From positions 406,596,001 through 406,660,000 of the forward strand of contig OZ024740.1 in the NCBI GenBank assembly GCA_964016885.1: a stretch of 64,000 bases of DNA, in the 5' to 3' direction. Below are positions 58,646 to 64,000 of this stretch, piece after piece. Every line of letters starts with the position of its first letter. Position 1 is the first letter of the stretch. This stretch comes from Eledone cirrhosa. Lineage: Eukaryota. The translations under genes were made by a program, and so were the position numbers. Below the pieces are notes generated by a model that did not search any database, was not told the origin of the DNA, and saw only the letters and a list, made by a program, of their open reading frames with translations.

Positions 58646-58743
58646 CGCCGAGGTTGACTTTGCCTTTCATCCTTACGGGGTCGATAAAATAAAGTACCAG
58701 TAATGCACTGGTAATTGCTGGCCTTGTGCCTAAAATAGAAACA

Positions 58744-58758
58744 ATTATTAGTTAGTAG
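58744..58758 (+). repeat. Right target-site duplication ATTATTAGTTAGTAG
   Basis: Identical to 58546-58560; followed by ACATTAGTTGGTAG as in the empty sites. Confidence 0.92.
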
Positions 58759-61700
58759 ACATTAGTTGGTAGTCTTTGTGGATTCCGTCATTAGTTAGTA
58801 GTCATTGTGGATTCCGTCATTAGTTAGTAGTCATTGGCGATTCCGTTATTAGTTAGTAGTCATTGTGGATTCCGTCATTCGTTAGTAGTCATTGTGGATT
58901 CCGTTATTAGTTAGCAGTCATTGTGGATTCCGTTATTAGTTAGTAGCCATTGTGGATTCCGTTATTAGATAGTAGTCATTAGCTATTAGTCACTGTGGAT
59001 TCCGTTATTAGTTAGTACTCATGAGCTAGTAGTCATTTTGGATTCCGTCATTAGTTACTAGTCATTGTGGATTCCGTTATTAGTTAGTAGTCATTAGCTA
59101 GTAGTCATTGTGGATTCCGTCATTACCTAGTAGTCATTGTGGATTCCGTCATTACCTAGTAGTCATTGTGGATTCCGTTATTAGCTAGTAGTCATTGTGG
59201 ATTCAGTTATTAGTTAGTAGTCATTAGCTAGTAGTCATTGTGGATTTCATTATTAGTTAGTAGTCATTAGCTAGTAGTCATTGTGGATTCCCTCCTTAGT
59301 TAGTAGTCATTGTGGATTCCATTATTAGTTAGTAGTCATCAGTTGGTAGCCTTTGTGGATTTCATTATTAGTTAGTAGACATTAGTTGGTAGTCTTTGTG
59401 AATTCCGTCATTAGTTAGTAGTCATTGTGGATTCCGTCATTATTTAGTAGTCATTAGCTAGTAGTCATTAGCTAGTAGTCATTGTGGATTCCATCATTCG
59501 CTAGCAGACATTGTGGATTCCGTTATTAGTTACTAGTCATTAGCTAGAAGTCATTGTGGATTCCGTTATTAGTTAGTAGTCATTGTGGATTCCGTTATTA
59601 GTTAGTAGTCATTGTGGATTCCGTTATTAGTTAGTAGTCATTAGCTAGTAGTCATTTAGGATTCCGTCATTCGCTAGTAGTCATTGTGGATTCCGTTATT
59701 AGTTACTAGTCATTAGCTAGAAGTCATTGTGGATTCCGTTATTAGTTAGTAGTCATTGTGGATTCCGTTATTAGTTAGTAGTCATTGTGGATTCCGTTAT
59801 TAGTTAGTAGTCATTAGCTAGAAGTCATTGTGGATTCCGTTATTAGTTAGTAGTCATTGTGGATTCCGTTATTAGTTAGTAGTCATTGTGGATTCCGTTA
59901 TTAGTTAGTAGTCATTAGCTAGTAGTCATTTAGGATTCCGTCATTCGCTAGTAGTCATTGTGGATTCCGTCATTAGTTAGTAGTCATTGTGGAGTACGTT
60001 ATTAGTTAGTAGTCATTAACTAGTAGTCATTGTGGATTTCGTCATTCGCTAGTAGTCAATATGGATTCCATTATTAGTTAGTAGTCATTGTGGATTCCGT
60101 TATTAGTTAATAGTCATTAACTACCAGTCATTGTGGATCCGTCATTAGTTAGTAGTCATTGTGGATTCCGTTATTAGTTAGTAGTCATTGTGGATTCCGT
60201 TATCAGTTAGTGGTCATTAACAAGTAGTCATTGTAGATTCCGTCATTAAATAGTAGTCATTGTGGATTTAATTATTAGTTAGTAGTCATTAGCTAGTGGT
60301 CATTGTGGATTCCGTCATTAGTTAGTTGTCAATGTGGATTCCGTCATTAGCTAGTAGTCCTTGGCGATTCCGTATTTAATTAGTAGTCATTGTGGATTCC
60401 GTTATTAGTTAGTAGTCATTGTGGATTACGTTATTAGTTAGTAGCCATTGTGGATTCCGTTATTAGTTAGTAGTCATTAGCTAGTAGTCACTGTGGATTC
60501 CGTTATTAGTTAGTAGTCATTAGCTAGTAGTCATTTAGGATTCCGTCATTAGTTAGTAGTCTTTGTGGATTCCGTTATTAGTTAGTAGTCTATAGCTAGT
60601 AGTCATTTTGGATTTCATTATTAGTTATTAGTCAATAGCTAGTAGTCATTGTGGATTCCCTCATTAGTTAATAGTCATTGTGGATTCCGTTATTAGTTAG
60701 TAGTCATTAGCTAGTAGTCATTTAGTATTCCGTCATTAGTTAGTAGTCATTGTGGATTCCCTTGTTAGTTAGTAGTCATTAGCTAGTAGTCATTTTGGAT
60801 TTCCTTATCAGTTATTAGTCATTAGCTAGTAGTCATTGTGGATTCCCTCATTAGTTAATATTCATCGTGGATTTCATTATTAGTTAGTAGTCATTAGTTA
60901 GTAGTCTTTGTGGATTCCGTCATTAGTTAGTAGTCATTAGCTAGTAGTCATTGTGGATTCCGCCATTCGCTAGTAGTCATTGTGGATTCCGTTATTAGTT
61001 AGTAGTCATTAGCTAGTAGTCATTGTGGATTTCATTATTAGTTAGTAGTCATCAGTTGGTAGCCTTTGTGGATTTCATTATTAGTTAGTAGACATTAGTT
61101 GGTAGTCTTTGTGGATTCCGTCATTAGTTAGTAGTCATTGTGGATTCCGTCATTAGTTAGTAGTCATTGGCGATTCCGTTATTAGTTAGTAGTCATTGTG
61201 GATTCCGTCATTCGTTAGTAGTCATTGTGGATTCCGTTATTAGTTAGCAGTCAATGTGGATTCCGTTATTAGTTAGTAGCCATTGTGGATTCCGTTATTA
61301 GATAGTAGTCATTAGCTATTAGTCACTGTGGATTCCGTTATTAGTTAGTACTCATGAGCTAGTAGTCATTTTGGATTCCGTCATTAGTTACTAGTCATTG
61401 TGGATTCCGTTATTAGTTAGTAGTCATTAGCTAGTAGTCATTGTGGATTCCGTCATTACCTAGTAGTCATTGTGGATTCCGTCATTACCTAGTAGTCATT
61501 GTGGATTCCGTTATTACCTAGTAGTCATTGTGGATTCAGTTATTAGTTAGTAGTCATTAGCTAGTAGTCATTGTGGATTTCATTATTAGTTAGTAGTGAT
61601 TAGCTAGTAGTCATTGTGGATTCCCTCCTTAGTTAGTAGTCATTGTGGATTCCATTATTAGTTAGTAGTTATTAGCTAGTAGTCATTGTGGATTCCGTCA

Positions 61701-64000
61701 TTAGTTAGTAGTCATTGTGGATTCCGTTATTAGTTAGTAGTCATTAGCTAGTAGTCATTGTGGATTTCATTATTAGTTAGTAGTCATTAGTTAGTAGTCA
61801 TCAGTTGGTAGCCTTCGTGGATTTCATTATTAGTTAGTAGACATTAGTTGGTAGTCTTTGTGGATTCCGTCATTAGTTAGTAGTCATTGTGGATTCCGTC
61901 ATTCGCTAGCAGACATTGTGGATTCCGTTATTAGTTAGTAGTCATTGTGCAGTCCGTCATTAGCTAGTAGTTATTGTGGATTCAGTTATTAGTTAGTAGT
62001 CATAAGCTAGTAGTCATTAGCTAGTAGTCATTGTGGATTCCATCATTCGCTAGCAGACATTGTGGATTCCGTTATTAGTTAGTAGTCATTAGCTAGTAGT
62101 CATTGTGGATTTCATTATTAGTTAGTAGTCATTAGCTAGTAGTCATTGTGGATTCCCTCATTAGTTAGTAGTCATTGTGGAATCCGTTATTAGTTAGTAG
62201 TCATTAGCTAGTAGTCATTGTGGATTCCGTCATTAGTTAGTAGTCATTGTGGATTCCGTTATTAGTTAGTAGTCATTAGCTAGTAGTCATTGTGGATTCC
62301 GTCATTAGTTAGTAGTCATTGTGGATTCCGTTATTAGTTAGTAGTCATTAGCTAGTAGTCATTGTGGCTTTCATTATTAGTTAGTAGTCATTAGTTAGTA
62401 ATCATTGTGGATTCCGTTATTAGTTAGTAGTCATTGTGGATTCCCTTATTAGTTAGTAGTCATTTTTAGATTACCTTATTAGTTAGTGGTCATTGTGGAT
62501 TCCGTTATTAGTTAGTAGTCGTTGTGGATTCCGTTATTAGTTAGTAGTCGTAGTGGATTCCGTCATTAGCTAGTAGTCATTGTGGATTCCGTTATTAGTT
62601 AGTAGTCATTAGCTAGTAGTCATTTAGGATTCCGTCATTCGCTAGTAGTCGTTTTGGATTCCGTCATTAGTTAGTAGTCATTGTGGAGTACGTTATTAGT
62701 TAGTAGTCATTGTGGATTCCGTTATTAGTTAATAGTCATTAACTACCAGTCATTGTGGATCCGTCATTAGTTAGTAGTCATTGTGGATTCCGTTATTAGT
62801 TAGTAGTCATTGTGGATTCCGTTATTAGTTAGTAGTCATTAACAAGTAGTCATTGTAGATTCCGTCATTAGCTAGTAGTCATTGTGGATTTAATTATTAG
62901 TTAGTAGTCATTAGCTAGTGGTCATTGTGGATTCCGTCATTAGTTAGTTGTCAATGTGGATTCCGTCATTAGCTAGTAGTCCTTGGCGATTCCGTTATCA
63001 GTTAGTAGTCATTGTGGATTCCGTTATTAGTTAGTAGTCATTGTGGATTCCGTTATTAGTTAGTAGCCATTGTGGATTCCGTTATTAGTTAGTAGTCATT
63101 AGCTAGTAGTCACTGTGGATTCCGTTATTAGTTAGTAGTCATTAGCTAGTAGTCATTTAGGATTCCGTCATTAGTTAGTAGTCTTTGTGGATTCCGTTAT
63201 TAGTTAGTAGTCTATAGCTAGTAGTCATTTTGGATTTCATTATTAGTTATTAGTCATTAGCTAGTAGTCATTGTGGATTCCCTCATTAGTTATTAGTCAT
63301 TGTGGATTCCGTTATTAGTTAGTAGTCATTAGCTAGTAGTCATTTAGGATTCCGTCATTAGTTAGTAGTCATTGTGGATTCCGTCATTAGTTAGTAGTCA
63401 TTAGCTAGTAATCATTGTGGATTCCGCCATTCGCTAGTAGTCATTGTGGATTCCGTTATTAGTTAGTAGTCATTAGCTAGTAGTCATTGTGGATTCCGTC
63501 ATTAGCTAGTAGTCATTGTGGATTCCGTTATTAGTTAGTAGTCATTAGCTAGTAGTCATTGTGGATTCCGTCATTCGCTAATAGTCATTGAGGATTCCGT
63601 CATTAGTTAGTAGTCATTGTGGATTCCGACATTAGTTAGTAGTCATTGTGGATTCCGTTATTAGTTAGTAGTCATTGTGGATTCCGTCATTAGCTAGTAG
63701 TCATTGTGGATTCCGTTATTAGTTAGTAGTCATTAGCTAGTAGTCATTGTGGATTCCGTCATTCGCTAATAGTCGTTGAGGATTCCGTCATTAGTTAGTA
63801 GTCATTGTGGATTCCGTCATTAGTTAGTAGTCATTGTGGATTCCGTTATTAGTTAGTAGTCATTGTGGATTCCGTCATTAGCTAGTAGTCATTGTGGATT
63901 CAGTTATTATTTAGTAGTCATTAGCTAGTAGTCATTGTGGATTCCGTTATTAGTTAGTAGTCTTTGTGGATTCCGTTATTAGTTAGTAGTCATTGTGGAT
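58744..64000. repeat. Tandem satellite array, right arm (same family and orientation); runs off the right window edge
   Basis: The same A/B/C blocks resume in register immediately after the insertion (ATTATTAGTTAGTAGACATTAGTTGGTAG...). Confidence 0.99.

Larger units (their letters stand above)
58561..58743 (+). mobile_element. tRNA-derived SINE retroposon (183 bp), resembling octopus/cephalopod SINEs
   Basis: Only non-satellite island seen. It starts GGCGG (complementary to CCGCC at 58645-58649, like an acceptor stem). It has an A box TGGCAGTATCGG, a B box GAGTTCAAATCC, a central segment GCCTTTCATCCTTACGGGGTCGATAAAATAAAGTACC and an A-rich 3' end (AAAATAGAAACA), and is flanked by an exact 15-bp direct repeat. 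The Octopus resemblance is from recall, not a search. Confidence 0.93.
57400..63450. repeat. Higher-order repeat of about 2.6 kb, about 2.3 copies; the first copy carries the SINE
   Basis: Marker CTATAGCT at 57987, 60590 and 63212 (spacing 2603, 2622), each preceded by CCTTGGCGATTCC and GTTGTCAATGTGG. Confidence 0.8.

Noticed and set aside
58561-58650. Functional tRNA gene
   Set aside because: It has A/B boxes and GGCGG/CCGCC ends, but the T-stem and anticodon arm do not pair properly. It continues into a SINE body and is bounded by a TSD.
1-64000. CRISPR array (29-bp periodic unit with a GGATTCC palindromic core)
   Set aside because: No unique spacers: the sequence between conserved blocks is itself repeated. 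No leader or cas genes.
1-64000. Repetitive protein-coding ORF on either strand
   Set aside because: The 29- and 43-bp monomers are not multiples of 3, so frames rotate. TAG (+) and TAA/TGA (-) occur in every monomer, closing all frames quickly.
1-64000. Telomeric repeat (TTAG-rich, G/T-skewed, occasional TTTAGG)
   Set aside because: No tandem TTAGG or TTAGGG runs; TTTAGG is only a sporadic variant of block A. Subtelomeric location cannot be judged from this window.
1-64000. NF-kB or RUNX site array (TGTGGATTCC)
   Set aside because: Does not match GGGRNWYYCC or TGTGGT consensus properly; short-motif resemblance only.
1-64000. Nucleosome-phased unit (5 x 29 = 145 bp)
   Set aside because: Irregular mixing of 29/43/57-bp monomers removes any fixed 145-bp register; numerical coincidence.

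Overview
Almost the whole 64 kb is one head-to-tail eukaryotic-type satellite DNA array in a single orientation. It is built from a 15-bp block A (GTCATTGTGGATTCC) and 14-bp blocks B (GTYATTAGTTAGTA) and C (GTCATTAGCTAGTA), which give mixed 29-, 43- and 57-bp monomers. Shared rare variants reveal several nested, local higher-order duplications (about 1.2, 1.4, 1.66, 1.8, 2.24, 2.6, 4.2 and 8-10 kb) whose period changes along the array. The only non-satellite sequence I found is a 183-bp tRNA-derived SINE at 58561-58743. It has Pol III A/B boxes and an exact 15-bp target-site duplication, and six empty paralogous sites lie in the same window. From memory it resembles Octopus/cephalopod SINEs, which was not verified by search. 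I see no protein-coding genes, true tRNA genes or CRISPR array. All offsets were measured by eye from diagnostic variants, so block boundaries are approximate.
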